Positions 1 to 14,056 of a stretch of DNA of 64,000 nucleotides are shown here, in pieces. Under the pieces are notes generated by a model. That model was not told where the DNA came from, ran no database searches, and saw only the letters and a program-made list of their open reading frames with translations. Numbering within the stretch: the stretch's first letter is position 1; every line of letters begins with the position of its first letter. The DNA comes from Eledone cirrhosa (taxonomy: Eukaryota), in NCBI GenBank assembly GCA_964016885.1, contig OZ024741.1, forward strand, positions 16,802,001-16,866,000, written 5' to 3'. The position numbers and the translations under genes were made by a program.

Positions 1-180
1 GTGCTCCTTTGGGAGCCCCTACATGGACACACTAGAAGAGGAAGACCAAGGTTAACGTTTGTTGATGCCCTAAGGACAGACACTGGTCTGTTGGAGATGC
101 AGGACATGGCAGCGATAATGAGGGACAGAGACCGCTGGAGAGAACTCGTCCATGGATCTCGGGAATTTTACCCGCCTTAG
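1..180 (+). mobile_element. 3' end of an RTE-like LINE ORF (continues off the window edge)
   Basis: Frame 1 reads [29 protein letters not shown]...[11 protein letters not shown], a typical RTE C-terminus, followed by a (TA)-rich tail. A near-identical copy lies at 42094-42230. Confidence 0.8.
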
Positions 181-228
181 ATAGATAATATATATATATA
201 TATATAATATATATAATATATATATATA

Positions 229-260
<32 letters not shown>

Positions 261-422
261 ATATATTATATATATAATATATTATATATATATAATATAT
301 ATATATAATATATATATAATATATGTAATATATATGTAATATATATATAATATATGTAATATATATATAATATATGTAATATATATATAATATATATATA
401 TAATATATATATATAATATATA

Positions 423-600
423 TTGTTTCTACTTTTGGCACAAGGCCAGCAATTACCCAGTGCATCACTGGTACTTTATTTTATCGACCCCGTAAGGATG
501 AAAGGCAAAGTCAACCTTGGCGGGATTTGAACTCAGATCGTAAAGGGACGTAACTATGCTGGAAAGCATGGCGTCCGACCCTCTACCGATACTGCCAATA
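423..600 (-). mobile_element. tRNA-derived SINE, family A
   Basis: Minus strand has A-box-like TGGCAGTATCGG and B-box GAGTTCAAATCC, then body GCCTTTCATCCTTACGGGGTCGATAAAATAAAGTACCAG. Copies at about 14610-14715, 14755-14865, 27203-27390, 43138-43320, 49608-50030 (two in tandem) and 57550-57741. Confidence 0.85.
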
Positions 601-620
601 CAATAATATATATATATAAT

Positions 621-652
<32 letters not shown>

Positions 653-689
653 ATATATATATATAATATATATATATATATAATATATA

Positions 690-2080
690 TCATCATAATC
701 ATCATCACCGTTTTATGTCCGTTCTTCCACGCTAGCATGGGTTAGACGGGTTGTCCTGTTGTGGGCAGTGTCTGGTCGGCTGACCATGCCTTGCTCATAC
801 AGGAACTGATCTGGCTTGATTTCTACAGCTGGATGCCCTTCCTAACACCAACCTCATTTACAGTGAGTGCTGGGTGCTTTTTCGTGGCGCCTACACGTCC
901 ACTTTACAGTGTGGGCTGGGTGCTTTTTTTGCCGTGGCACCTCCACGACCACCTTGCGGTGGGGGGTGTGGGGGCATATTGTTTATATGCTTCAGCATGT
1001 ACCCATGGGAGGTCGGGTACTCTGTATTACTGCGAGACGCCAGAAGTCACGGTCGTGTGTCATTGTCTTTGAGAGGTGTAATTGGGTAAGGTCGGCTTTT
1101 ATCACCTCATCCCGGGTCATCTTGGGTCTTCCCACTCCGCGGTTTCCATCAACTTCTAGTGCTCTGCACCTTTTTATGCAGCTGTCATCCTTCATACGCA
1201 TCACATGTCCATACCAGCGCAACCGCCTCTCCTGCACACAGCATTTGATACCTCTTATGCTCAGTCTCTCTCTCGATTCATTTATGCTTTGTCGTTCACG
1301 TATATTACTGTTACACATCCATCGGAGCATGCAGGCTTCGTTTCTCTCTAATCTACGTAAGTCTTCCACCTTCAGCGCCCAGGTCTCACTACCATGCAAC
1401 ATCGCTGTTCGGATACACGCATCATACAGTCTGCCTTTCATTCTGAGGGAGAAGCCTTTTGCAGCTAGCAGTGGTAGTAGTTCCCTAAACTTCTTCCATC
1501 CCGTTCTTACCCTAGTTATTGTACTTTCTGAACACCCACCTCCATTGCTAATTCGGTCACCTAGGTAGCAGAAGCTGTCTACTGTTTCTACAGGGCCCTC
1601 CCAGAGATTGGTGGTACTTGTTTCCTGTGGCTGTTTGCTGCTTGCTGTTTCAGCACAGCTGCTGCATGTGAATCCTACATTCTTAATTAAGCTTCCTGAG
1701 ATCCCGCTACATCTCTTGTGTACCCATTGTTTGCATTTGGGGCAGAGAATGGAGTTCCTACCTACACCTTTCCTACATACTGAGCAAGGCCATTTCCCTG
1801 AGGGGATCTGGGTTCTGTTTTCTCGTCTACTTACAAGCACCTTAGTCTTTGTCATGTTGACTTTGAGACCCTTTATCTCTAGTCCCTGCTTCCAGGTTTG
1901 GAATTTATTCTCTAGTTCTATCATAGATTCAGCTATGAGTGTGAGGTCATCAGCATACAGGAGTTCCCATGGGCATCCGGTCTTAAATTCCTCCGTTATT
2001 GCCTGCAGGACTATGATGAACAGGAGAGGGCTAAGAACAGAGCCCTGGTGAACCCCAACCTGTACGCTAAATTCCTCGCT
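690..2080 (-). mobile_element. 5'-truncated RTE-clade LINE (RT C-terminal half, Cys/His finger, 3' UTR)
   Basis: GVHQGS..SPLLF and LLYADD motifs, the CSVCRKGVGRNSILCPKCKQWVHKRC finger, and LHGSETW and RRLRWYGHV. The 3' UTR ends in a (TGA)n tail and the copy sits in TA tracts. Confidence 0.9.
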
Positions 2081-2359
2081 ATAATATATATATAATATAT
2101 ATATATATAATATATATATATATATTATATATATATATTATATATATATATATATAATATATATATATAATATATATATAATATATATATATATAATATA
2201 TATATTGTTATACTTTGGGAGGGTCATGTTGCCAATAAGAAACACACGCACCAGTTGCTTTCACTTCAATTTATTATATATTTATAAATTTATAAATTTA
2301 CAAACTTATAAATTTCTGGTTGGTTGGTTGGTTCCACAACCAGATAGTTGTTTATATAT

Positions 2360-2404
2360 AGTCATAGTCCTTTCGTCACACACTCTGTGACCTCTTCAGT
2401 GACT
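2360..2404 (-). ncRNA. Minimal type I hammerhead ribozyme motif
   Basis: Minus strand reads AGTCA-CTGAAGA-G-GTCACA(GAGTG)TGTGAC-GAAA-GGAC-TA-TGACT: 5-bp stem I, 6-bp stem II, intact core, very short stem III. Confidence 0.7.
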
Positions 2405-2467
2405 GGGGATTCCTTTCCTTTGTTTCTGTGCCTTTCCTTTCTTCTATCCTACGCCATATATATATAT

Positions 2468-5400
2468 GTCATCATCATCATCATTTTACGTCCGCTTTTC
2501 CCTGCTTGCAAGGGTGGGACGGGTCTTATTCAGCACAGCATCTCTCCACTCGTCACGGTCCCTCGTCATCTCCACCGTGAGCTTCAATGATCTGAGGTCT
2601 GTTCTCACCACCTCCGCCCATGTTTTTCGTGTCCTTCCTCTACCACGTCTTCCTTCAACTAGCATTTCTTGGCATTTCTTCACCCATCGGTCATCCTCCA
2701 TGCGCATCACATGTCCATACCACCTCAGTCTCCTCTCCCGCACACTACATTCTATCCCTCTCAGACACAGTTTCTCTCTCAACACATTTATGCTGGGTCA
2801 TTCACGCACATTTGCACTGCACATCCAATGGAGCATGCTTGCCCCATTTCTCTCCAGCCGTCGCATATCTTCTGCGGTAGCTGCCCATGTCTCACTACCA
2901 TGCAGCATCGCGCTCCTCACACAGGCATCATACAACCGGCCTTTCCTACGCAGGGAGAAACCCTTCTTCGTCAACAGAGGAAGCAGCTCCCTAAACTTCT
3001 TCCAACCCGTCCTTATTCTAGATACTATGGCCTCGGAACACCCTCCTCCCATGTTAATCTGATCTCCTAGGTACCGGAAGCTATCCACCACTTCTATAGC
3101 GCCCTCCTGCATCTGAAAAATGTGTCTATCAATGCGACTTCTACTGTCTAATTTCCCTGTACATCTACTGCGTACATATTTCTCCCTACCTGTTAGTTTG
3201 CCTGCTATCCCGCTACATCTCATGTGTACCCAGGATCTGCATTGTGTGCATTTTATAGAATTTATGCCAGTTCCTTTTCTGCATATCGAACATGGCCATT
3301 TCCCTGATGGAATCAGGGTTTTGTCCTCTTTTCTACTCATCAACACTTTTGTCTTAGCTAGATTCACTCTCAGTCCTCTTGGTTCCAACTGCTGTTTCCA
3401 TAGCCAGAATTTATTCTCTAGCTCCTCTACTGATTCTGCTATAAGAACCAGATCGTCAGCATAGAGAAGTTCCCATGGACAGCCAGTCTTAAACTCCTCT
3501 ATTATGGCTTGGAGGACTATAATGAACAAGAGAGGGCTGAGGACCGAACCCTGATGTACTCCTACTTGTATCTGGAATTCCTCACTAAACTCCATTCCTA
3601 CCCTGACTTTACTGAGAGTACCTCTGTACAAAGTTTGCACTGTCCTCACAAGCCATTCCTCAACACCTAGCTTCCTTAGGGACCACCAGATGACAGATCG
3701 GGGTACCCTATCAAAGGCCTTCTCTAGGTCAACAAAGGCTAAGTATAGTGGCTTATTCTTCTCTAAGAACCTCTCTTGCATTTGTCTCACCAAGAAGAGA
3801 GCATCTGTTGTACTCTTCCCAGGCACAAAACTAAACTGCATCTCATCTAGTTTGACCCTTTCTCTAATTAGTTGTGCTAAAATCCTTTCTGCCACTTTCA
3901 TAACCTGATCTATCAGTTTTATACCCCTATAATTGCTCCTCTCCAGAGCATCCCCTTTACCTTTGTAGCAATTTATGAGAATACTGCTGCACCAGTCTTT
4001 GGGTATGACACCACCATATATAGCCTGATTGATGATGCGTGCAACCAGTTTAGTGCCTACGTCCCCTGATGCCTTCAGCATCTCAGCAACTATTCCCGAT
4101 GGTCCGGCAGCCTTACCATTTTTCATTTCCCTAATCGCCTCTTGGACCCTATATTCGTCAATCTCAATAGCTGGTCCCTCTGTCGGATCTACCAAGGGTA
4201 ATTTCTCTCTCTCCCATTTGTTCTCCACATTCATCAGTCTCTCATAATGTCATTTCCAGGTCTCCTTTTTCTGATCATTCGTGACACTAAGTACACCGGC
4301 ATCATCCCGGACACATTTATCTCCAACAACATCCTGATTTGCATTGACACACTGCCTTGCAATGTGGAACACCGCACACCTCTGATCTTCCCGTCGCAGA
4401 ACATTGGCAAACCTCCTACTCTCTGCCTCCCTGCGTGCTAAGTACACCTGACGTCTAGCTTCTCTCTTAGTGGCTGTATATTCTTGCCTACTCCCACCCT
4501 TTTTCCAAGCCTTCCATGCTAGTCTTTTGTCTCTAATAGCCTTATCTACTGTGCTGTTCCACCACCAGGTCACTCTCTGTCTGGTTGGAGCTCTGCTCCA
4601 GCCACAAGTTTCATCAGTAGCCTGCAGCAAGTTGTCATGTAAGAAATTCCAGTTATTATCTATGTCATACGTCTCTAAATCGTCCTCTTTTTCGTCATAT
4701 ACATCTTGAAGGGCTTTCCTAAATTTGTATTTTAGTGAAAGGTCTTTTAGCTTCCAGACCTTTCTTCTCCACACCTTCCTATATGTCTCATTCCATCTCT
4801 TGCTTACTGAGATATCACTAACAACTAACCTATGCTGTGGGGTACATTCTTCCCCAGGGTATGCCTTGGTATTAGACACTATCTGCCTGTCCCGCTGCCT
4901 AACTAGTAAGAAGTCAATCTGGCTTATGTGCTCACCAGATTTGTAGGTTATTAGGTGATTGGCAGGTTTCTGGAAGTTAGTGTTGCAAATAGTCAATGTA
5001 CCTGCATCACAAAATTCAAGAAGTCTCACTCCTTCTTCATTTCTTGAACCGTAACCGTGCCCACCATGTACCCCAGTGTAACCATCCTGGAGCTGTCCAA
5101 CATGACCATTGAAGTCTCCTGCTACCATAACGATGTCTCCGTCCTCTGTCATTGCAGTTGTTTGCAAAAGTTGCTCATAAAAGCAGTCTTTCTCATCTTT
5201 GCCTAGGCCTGCTTGGGGAGCATAGGCCGAGATGATTGTCAGTAGTCTCCTACCTACAACTAATCTAAGCTTAATTATTCGATTACTAACTCGAACTACC
5301 TCTATTGTCTTATTGATCCATTTCTCAGCCAGGAAAATGCCTATTCCCCCTAGCCCATCATCCTTACCTACCCAGAATAGCTTATAACTAAGACGTTTGC

Positions 5401-5510
5401 CTACGACTAGTCTCGCAGAGGCACCTCTCCATCTCACCTCTTGCACGCAGCACACATCCACCTGCCCTCTCTCCAGCATCTCCGCTATTTCAGCAGATCT
5501 ACCTCTGAGA
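2468..5510 (-). mobile_element. Near full-length RTE-clade LINE ORF (AP endonuclease + RT + Cys/His finger) with two in-frame stops
   Basis: ORFs 4250-5524, 2798-4234 and 2486-2785 share one frame. They carry CCVQEVRW, GDFNGH, SQIDF, FVDLEKAFD and YADD motifs. Confidence 0.95.
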
Positions 5511-5852
5511 TGCGACGTCTTCATATTTTGTTGTTGTTCCTATTTGTTGCTGTGCTGATAAGCGTTTTGGCATTGATACACTAGTTGGATGCCCTTCCTA
5601 ACACCAGCGCCACTTTACAGCATGGACTGGGTGCTTTTATTTGTGCCACCAGCACTAGAGAGGATGTCTTACTAGACTCCAGGGCCCTCTCTATCCCTCC
5701 ATTTTACAGCATGGTCATAAAAAAAAAAAAAACTTATTGACACGACGCACGCACACACACCAACACTCATGCATACAAACCACAACCACATACACGCCAC
5801 TCACATACCAACACTCATTCATGCATACAAACACACACACCACTCACAAACC

Positions 5853-5887
<35 letters not shown>

Positions 5888-6203
5888 CCGGCAGTACTGA
5901 TACAAATACAAAATCAAAATCAATATCATGTCAACTGTTGTCCTTTTCCAGTCCAGTTCAGCTTGTATATAATAATAATAATAATTGTTTGCTTTACGCT
6001 GGTAATGGTGGTGGTGAATGGTGGTGGATGGTGTCAGTGTGGTGGTGGTGGATGGTCAGTGATGGTGGTGGCAGTTGTTGGTGCTGTAGTTGTTATTGTA
6101 GTTGCTGTTGTTGCTGTCGCTGTTGTTGTTGTTGTTCTTCTTCTTCATTTCACTGCTGCTGTTGCTGCAGACAATGGTGTTGATGCTATTGCAGTCGCAT
6201 ATA

Positions 6204-6250
6204 TATGATGATGGCTGCCCCCTCGTTATCGAGTATGGCCATTGCACGAG
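6204..6250 (-). mobile_element. Isolated RTE-type 3' terminal stem-loop and tail
   Basis: Minus strand GGCCATACTCGATAACGAGGGGGCAGCCATCATC matches the 3' ends at 36338-36370 and 63735-63768. Confidence 0.6.
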
Positions 6251-6270
6251 GAGAAAGAAAAAAAAAAAAA

Positions 6271-9200
6271 AATAATAATAATAATGATTTCATTTATTAG
6301 CCACAAGGGCCGACATGTAGGAGACAATACAAAGACAGGGACAGTGGGGGTTTACAATAAGGTGGAGTAAAAGTGCACAATGGCAAGACTAATTTAACAA
6401 TGAAAATATAAAAATATAAAATAAACTATGCATAAATATAACAAAATAAATTCCCCGATAGGGGGTGGACGACCCTGGGGTGACTCGGGTACCCCACCAA
6501 TCCTGAACCACCCTGCGCTTCTAGGGCACCCAGGAGAGCACCCCTCTCCTCAAGTTAGCCAGCCTATAGGCGCATGGTCAGAGTAGGCCCATTCACACGA
6601 GCCATTCTCGCCACATTCACCCACTTTTTAGCAAATGTACTGGGGGGCAGCACTTCTCTCTCCACCCTCACCCTCCTTTCCAGGTGAAACTTGAAGAAGT
6701 TGATGAGGGATTGGCCGAAGAGAAAAGTGTCTGTCTTTAGTCCTTTCAACCTGGTCCATCATATAATCTCCTTCGCAACTGCCACCAGACAGAGGAAAAT
6801 GTCCTGCTCTTCCTGACCTAAGGAAGGTGGCGACTCGATCTTCACTATGGACTCGGCCGATAGCCGGATTCGTTCCACACGCGACAGTAGCTGTTCGACA
6901 TAACTCCACAAGTCAGTAATGCACTGACATTGGACAAGTGCGTGCAGAACGGTTTCGTCGTTCTGTGCGCATCTTGGGCAGGTCCGTCTGACAGCACTTC
7001 CGTGCCTGTAGAGTTTATCCCGAACCGGCAGTGCCCCCCCCGGTAGCACTGCCAAGCGAGGGATTTCTGGAAATTGTCCATCGTCCCCGGCTCAAAAGTC
7101 CTCCGGTACAGACTGGTCAGTTCGACTTCGTCGAGGCCCAAAGCTTCTCCGAGTGCGTCATCGCACTTGCCCACCACTAATCCTCTATAGAACTCGAGAG
7201 TGGAAGTTCCACTGATCGCATTGCCCGCTTGGTAGAGGGCAGTGAGTGCCTGGCAACATTCCAGGTGCCAGTCACCCAGTCTCGGTCTCTTCTTGACCCA
7301 GGACTGCAGCTCAGTCAAAGAAATGAGCTGCGGAAAGGCCCGTCTGATAAACGGCGACCACACCTGTTCACCATTGAGGCAGAATATCTGGAGATGCCGC
7401 AGCCTCAACGCATGTCTGCGTATCATTAGCCACGGCATGCCTAGCCCTCCGCGTAGAGGGTGCTGGCAGCAGATGGACCGCCTCACCAACGGAACTTGTC
7501 CCCTCCACAAGAATTTGAAGAGGAGCCGTTCCAACTTGACGAGGCGCGGATGGGGGCAAGGCACGACGGTTAGGTGGTAGTAGATGACGGACGCGATGTA
7601 CGCATTCGCCACCTCCGCGCGACCTTTCAGTGATAGCTTCCTCCCAGCCCATTTTTGGGTGAGACTGGCTACTCTGCTCGTTACCTCGTCCCAATTCCTT
7701 TCCACCTGGAGGTCTGGTCCGAACCAAACCCCGAGCAACTTTACTGGTCCGTCCGTCCAGCGCCCCATGACGCTGTTGGACGGCATGGGCTTGCCTCTCC
7801 AGGTTCCGAGCTGCAAGCCCACCGACTTTTCCGGGTTAAGTTTGGCTCCTGTCAACCTTTCATATTCCTTCAATAAGGTGCCGACCACCTCGATTTCTGA
7901 GGTGTTCGACACCATCACGGTGATGTCGTCCGCATAAGCCGACACCGCCTTTCCACGTCCCGGTTCGAGCGGGATGCCCTGCAACAGCTCCAGCTTCCGC
8001 AGTAAAGGCTCGAGAGTCAATACGTACAGAAGGGAAGAGAGAGGGCACCCTTGACGGACCGATCGGGAGAGCCGAAATGGTTCCGAGAGGTGGCCATTAA
8101 CTTTGACCACCGAGTGTGTGCCGCTGTGCATTGCAACGATCCAGCTTCTAAAGACAGGGCCGAAGCCAGCTGCTTTGAGGACAAACTCCAGATACCGATG
8201 GTCGACCCTATCGAATGCTTTTGATTGATCTAAATTGATCAGTGCCCCACCGAAGCCAGGTTTACACCCTACCCTCTCTATGATGTATCGCATGAGGTGG
8301 AGATTATCGTGTATGGACCTGGCTGGGATTGCGCAAGTTTGCGCCTCTCCAACCAAATCCTCGACAACAAGCGCCAATCTCTTTGCCAACACCTTGGCCA
8401 AAATCTTAAACTCTGTGTTGAGCAGAGTTATGGGCCTGAAGTTGTCTAATGTATCCCTCTTGTTCTCGTCTTTCCTTATCAGCGTCACCACTCCCCTGCT
8501 CACAGAACTGGGAATACTCCCATTCTGCTGCCAGTTACAGTAGAGTGCTTCGAGGAGTTCGGAGAACAAGTCTGGCATATTTACGTAAAGCTCGTAGGGC
8601 AGGCCATCCAAACCGGGTGACTTGCGCCTCATGCAGCCGACAAGGGCGTCCTGAATTTCGGCTGAAGTAATCGGCCTTTCGCAGCGCTCAGCGTCGACCG
8701 TCAAGATGCGTGGCAAGCCGTCAAGGTAGGGACTGAAATCTGCTACTTTCTCTGACTCGCCACTCTCCCTGAACAACCGAGCAAAGTGCTGGCGAAAGGC
8801 CTCACACATCCGCTTGGAATCGCTTATCTCGTGTCCGTCTCGGTCCGCCAAAGACCAAATTGTGGTTTTATTACCACGCTGCGCCTCCGCCACGCGGGCC
8901 CATCGAACAGCTTTAGTTCCCTCGTTTCTCAGCGCACGCGCCTTAGCTTTGACAATGCAACCTTCGTGTTTGGCATTGAAGAAATGGTCTAATGCCATTC
9001 TCGCCGCTAGCACGTCAGTTGCGATGCCACTACAAATAGCCTCGTCTAACTTATCTACCAGCTCCCCCTCCTTTCTATTTTTCTCTAACGCTAGTTCTTT
9101 GCTGAACTCTATCGAAGTTACTCTAATCTCTCTTTTGAGAGACCCCACCATCTGTTGTTGATGATCCCCCCTGTCAACTTTTGCTTAACTAACTTGTTGA

Positions 9201-11432
9201 CTCGGTCCCTGTAAGCCTTACGTGCCGGAAATGACATGTTCAGCTTCCAGTAACCCGGTCCTAACCTACGCGTTTTATTTAGGTCGACCGTACAGATCAC
9301 AAATTTGTGATCTGAATAGGCGACCGTTTTAAAAAGTGGACAGCTCACACTATTTCTATCTATTTTCTTAATGAAGATTGTCTATATACGATCTAGATGA
9401 CCCCATTCCGTTGGTCCATGCCCATACTGGCACATTGGGGAAATCTAGTCGATACCTATCAGGCAGTTGGAACTGGCTGAGTAGGTGCTTGAGGCTTTTG
9501 CACCCCCCGCTCCTATCGGCTACTCCCACACAATCCCAGTGTGCGTCTAAGATGCCATTCCAGTCCCCCGCTAACAGTAAAGGGCGAGACGTACCCAGAA
9601 AGGTCTCCAGGCGCCTAAAGAAGTCAGGTCGTCTGGCCCCTGTAGGGGCGTAGACGGCCAGCAGACTAAAGGCACCACCTTCGCTACTGCTCACATCCAA
9701 GATCACCAACTTACCGTCCGGGTCCCGGAAGATCGACTTTACCTCGAGATCCAGTCCTTTCCTAAACAGCACTGCCACCCCACCCTCCCCATTCCCGGCC
9801 TGCTAACAGATGCGAAGATCTGATAGTCGTTGAAAATGGGGGCTAGTGCGCGCGTGTCGGAAATTCTGGTCTCGCTTACGGCAATCACATCCATTTCCAG
9901 CGACCGGAGGTCGTTGAGCAGGCGACCCTGCTTCCAGGGTGACCCCAGGCCGCGACCATTTAAACTTCCTACTCTTAATATGGCCATATTGGTAAGCTAA
10001 GAGAGAGAGAGGGAAGGTTTACTTACCTCCCGGGTCTTGTGAAGGTCGGGTGGTTCGACCTCCATGGTTGGTGGGGTTTCTTTTGGGAACCCCTTTAAAA
10101 GTCTTGATGTGGGTTTCACAATCGGGTTTCCCACGTCTTGAGGAAAGCTCTCTCGAATTTCTTTGAAGGAATTGAGTGACATTCGGACCAGAAGCAAATC
10201 TTCTGGCACGCAAAATGTGCTCATTTCAAAAATCTCCCTCTCTGTTTGAATGTCCTCGCTTCGCGCTAAGAGGGCCATCAGTTTATCGTTGGCCCTTCTG
10301 ACAAGCACGACGTTTTTAACATTTTGTTGGTGTGGTTTTATTTGTTTTCGTTTGGTGAAGGTGGTGGCGATGGTTTTGGTGGTGTTGTTTCGGGTATGTC
10401 TATGTTTGTTGTAGGTGTGGTGTCTGCTATTTCAGGTATTTGTGTGTTTATTTGTACTTGTGTTTGTTTAGGTTGTTTGCGTTTCGGGGATTGTGGAGGT
10501 GGTGTCGATGTTGCTAATGGTGCTGATGTTATTGGGGAAGTGTTTGCGTTAGTGGTGTCTGTATTTTTTGTTGTGTGTTTTTGTGTTTTGTTGGGGCTTT
10601 TTTTTTGTGAGTTTTCTCTGTTTTTTTGCACTTTTGGGTTTTCCTTCATCTTTGCTGCTGGAAGACAAAGGGTCTGTGTCTGTGTGTGCGTTTATTTTTT
10701 TTTTGCTATGTGTATAATTGGGGTAGGGGGAGTGGGAGAGCTTTCCTCGTTTTCTCCTTGGATTGGTTTTGGTGTTGGTGGTGATCCGGCTGCTTTTGAT
10801 GTTGGTGTCCGTGTTTTTGTTGATGTTGTTTTTGGTGATGGTGGTGGTGCAGCTTTCCGTGCTGACACTGGCGTTGGCAACAAAGGAGGTTTGCGACCCC
10901 CTGCATTTTTGTGCTGAGGATAGAAGGCTTGAAGATGCGTTGCTTCCCCGCAAACGAAGCAGCGTGGCCTTCTTCCGTCAATCATTAGTTGGATTGTTGT
11001 CCCATCCTGCAGGCGGGCAAAATCTGGGATGTTATTCATATCCTCCGGTTTCATTTGGAGAAGAATCTCCAAATCCATTCCGGACCAGTCCTCTCTCTCT
11101 GTCCTTTTGATGTCCAGGAGGGTGGTGTCTGTCCCCTCCTCGATTACGCATCCCAGCAGCCACCATATGTTCATTCCTGGTGGGATGCTGGGAATGCGTA
11201 CCTTCACTGTCCTTTTACCCATATAGGACGGATGCATGATAATGCGTTCCGTTCTGCAGGGGGTCACCGAGTGCTTAATAGCGAGGGCCTCGGTTTTGAA
11301 CAGTACCGAGATGGTACCGAACTGTTTGCCTCTTGCTTTGTACTCTATGTTACTTCCGATGTACTCCAAAGCAGCCTCTACCTCTGCTTGGCTCGCAAGT
11401 TCCACTTTTCGTGTCTGCACCGAAATACAAAA
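6271..11432 (-). mobile_element. Tx1/L1-clade LINE with frameshifts, 5'-truncated in ORF1
   Basis: ORF1 (about 11430-9997) has a degenerate zinc knuckle CFVCGEATHLQAFY. ORF2 (9987-6564) has SLNGRGL/SETR/GDWN APE motifs, DQSKAFD, RQGCPLS, YADD and a C-terminal CPRC...H...C. The 3' end has AATAAA and a (TAT)n tail. Confidence 0.93.
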
Positions 11433-11759
11433 ACACAAAAGCCATTTGACAATGGAAACTTATCTACGAAGCCATAAATCTTTGCGATGGCCTGATAGTG
11501 TAAAAGAAACTCTATAGACGAGAGTATCAAATTACTGCAGCAGTATCAGTTTTAAATATCATATTTTGAATGTAAAATTTGTTTCTCTTTTCATATCTGT
11601 GTAAATGTTGGGCCTTACTTAACCTGAGCTTTTTGCTTAAACATCTCTTTTGCTCTCAGGGCTTCATTCATGTTTATCTGATTATTCTTTTGTTTCAACT
11701 TTCTAGCCATTCTAGTTGAAGATAGTATTTAATAAGATAAATATGCAAAGTATATGGCA

Positions 11760-13900
11760 AACAGGGTCAGTGCTGGAATATCCCTATTTCACTCCATTTT
11801 TTACTGAGATAGGCTCCGACATGTTACCCTCGACATTAACCCAAGCCTTCATGTCGTCATGGAAAGACCTAACCAAAGCAAGGAACTTACCAGGGCAACC
11901 AAGTTTCTGGAGAACCTTCTATAATGCAGTTCTGTTAACAGTATCGAAAGCTTTTGTCAGATAGACAAAAACCTGATACAGATCCAAACCTTGTTCCATG
12001 CACTTCTCCTGGAGCTGTCTAGCTGAGAAGATCATATCAGTAGTGCCGCGTCCAGCACGAAAACCAGATTGACTTTCAGGAAGAACACAATCTGCAATGT
12101 GTGTCAGCAGACGGTCCAGAAGCACCCTACATAAAACTTTCCCTACGACAGAAAGCAATGATATACCACAGTAGTTCCCACAAACGTTCCTGTTACCCTT
12201 TCCCTTGTACAAGACCACCATTACTGCATCTCTCCAGTCCTCAGGTACGGATTCATTATCCCATATCCTGCCAAACAAAGAGTGAAGATGTTGCAGGAGT
12301 CTCTCACCACAATATTGTAGGAGCTCAGCATGTATGCCATCCATACCTGGAGATCTTCCACTGTTCAGCTTCGAAATAGCCACTGCAACCTCCACAAGCG
12401 TCGGAGGTTCTGCGAGAGCTACTTTCACAGGTCTTTCTGGAATGAGATTGAGGAAATCTTCACTGACGACAGACAGCTGATTCAAAAGATCATCAAAGTG
12501 CTCTCGCCACCTTCGTAGAATTCCCTGTGAGTCACAAAGAAGTTCTTTGCCATCCCTGCTGCGAAACGGTGTCACCAGAGAAAAAGACGGTCCATAAACC
12601 TCACGCAAGAGACTGTACAACAGCTTTGTGTTATTGGAATCAGACGCAGTTTGTATCTCACCAGCCTTCTCACTCCACCACTGATCCTTCATCTGAGAAA
12701 GACTCCGCCTAACACGTGATTTTACATCCTTGAGTTCCTCATGCAACGTATTCCTCTCTTGTGGTTTAGCCGTCAAGTAGCGTGACAGAGCACGCCTCTT
12801 ATCAGCCAACAAGTCTTCTATATGTACATCATTCTCTTCAAACCAGTCCTGATGTTTCCTCTGCGCCAATCCCAGAACACGCCTGCCTACATCATAAACC
12901 GACTTTTTAAAGGTCGGCCAATCCTCACCAAAATCTGCAGCCTGCATCTCTTCTTCCAATGTCCTCTTCACATTTTTATCCTTAAGACGAGCAGCATTCA
13001 ATCTTTTGGGCAAGGCAACACCAGGAGCCCAGATTTTACGTTTAGTGATTAGTTTCACTTTTGCGCGTACCAGGCAGTGGTCCGTCCAGCACTCAGCTTC
13101 ATGAAGAACACGAACACACTGCACATCCTGTCTGTCACGCATCCTGACTAGGACGTAAGTCCAAAAGATGCCATTCCTTAGATGCAGGATGCATCCATGT
13201 GGTCTTGAATTTGTTCTTTTGTTGGAACATGGTGTTGGTAACACACAGATCCAGCTCCTCACACATCTGCAGCAGGAGCATACCATTGCTGTTACACTTT
13301 CCCACCCCATGCCTTCTGATTACATTCCATGTGTTAAAATCCCTACCAACTCTAGCATTAAAGTCACCAAGCATGATGACTTTGTCTGCCTGAGGGATAT
13401 TTCTTAAAACACCTTTCAAGGCATGGTAAAAGGACACCTTTTCCTCATCGACAGAACTCATAGTTGGAGCATACACACTCACCAGGGTAGCATATCTTCC
13501 CTTGTCCAGCGGAACTCTCATGGACATAAGACGCTCACTAATCCCTACTGGGAATTCTTCTAATTTGTTCACAAGCACAGTCTTAACAGCAAATCCTACC
13601 CAGCCTCTCTTCTGGTTCCTTCATCTCTTCCTTTCCAGAAGAATGTATTATCTCCACAAAATTCCGCAAGATGACCATCTCCAGCTAGCCTCGTCTCAGA
13701 TAAAGCCACGATGTCAAGATCGTAACGTCGAAACTCCTTTGCAACAAGAGCGGTCCTTCGTTCAGGACGCCCCAAAGAATCCCTGTCAAGCAGCGTCCGT
13801 ACGTTCCAGCAGCCAAGACTAAATGCCTTGTTTGGCTCTATTACAATGGCACGATGACGAGTGGGCCCAGGCTGTGATAACCTGGGGCCCCTGCCCTTTA
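11760..13900 (-). mobile_element. RTE/BovB-like LINE, 5' half (endonuclease and start of RT), copy 1
   Basis: SVYAPT, LGDFNARVG, WTDH, PESQSGFR and LTKAFD motifs; interrupted within the RT. Confidence 0.9.
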
Positions 13901-14056
13901 AGCCAATGTTTTTTTTTTGTTCCAGAACCTAAATTGCCAATTATCTCTTTTATATTGTTCTGGAACATCATTGAATTGGGAAAAAAAAAAAAAAAAAGTA
14001 ATAATAATAGTAATAATAATAATAATAATAATAGTACACTATTAATAATTATTAAT

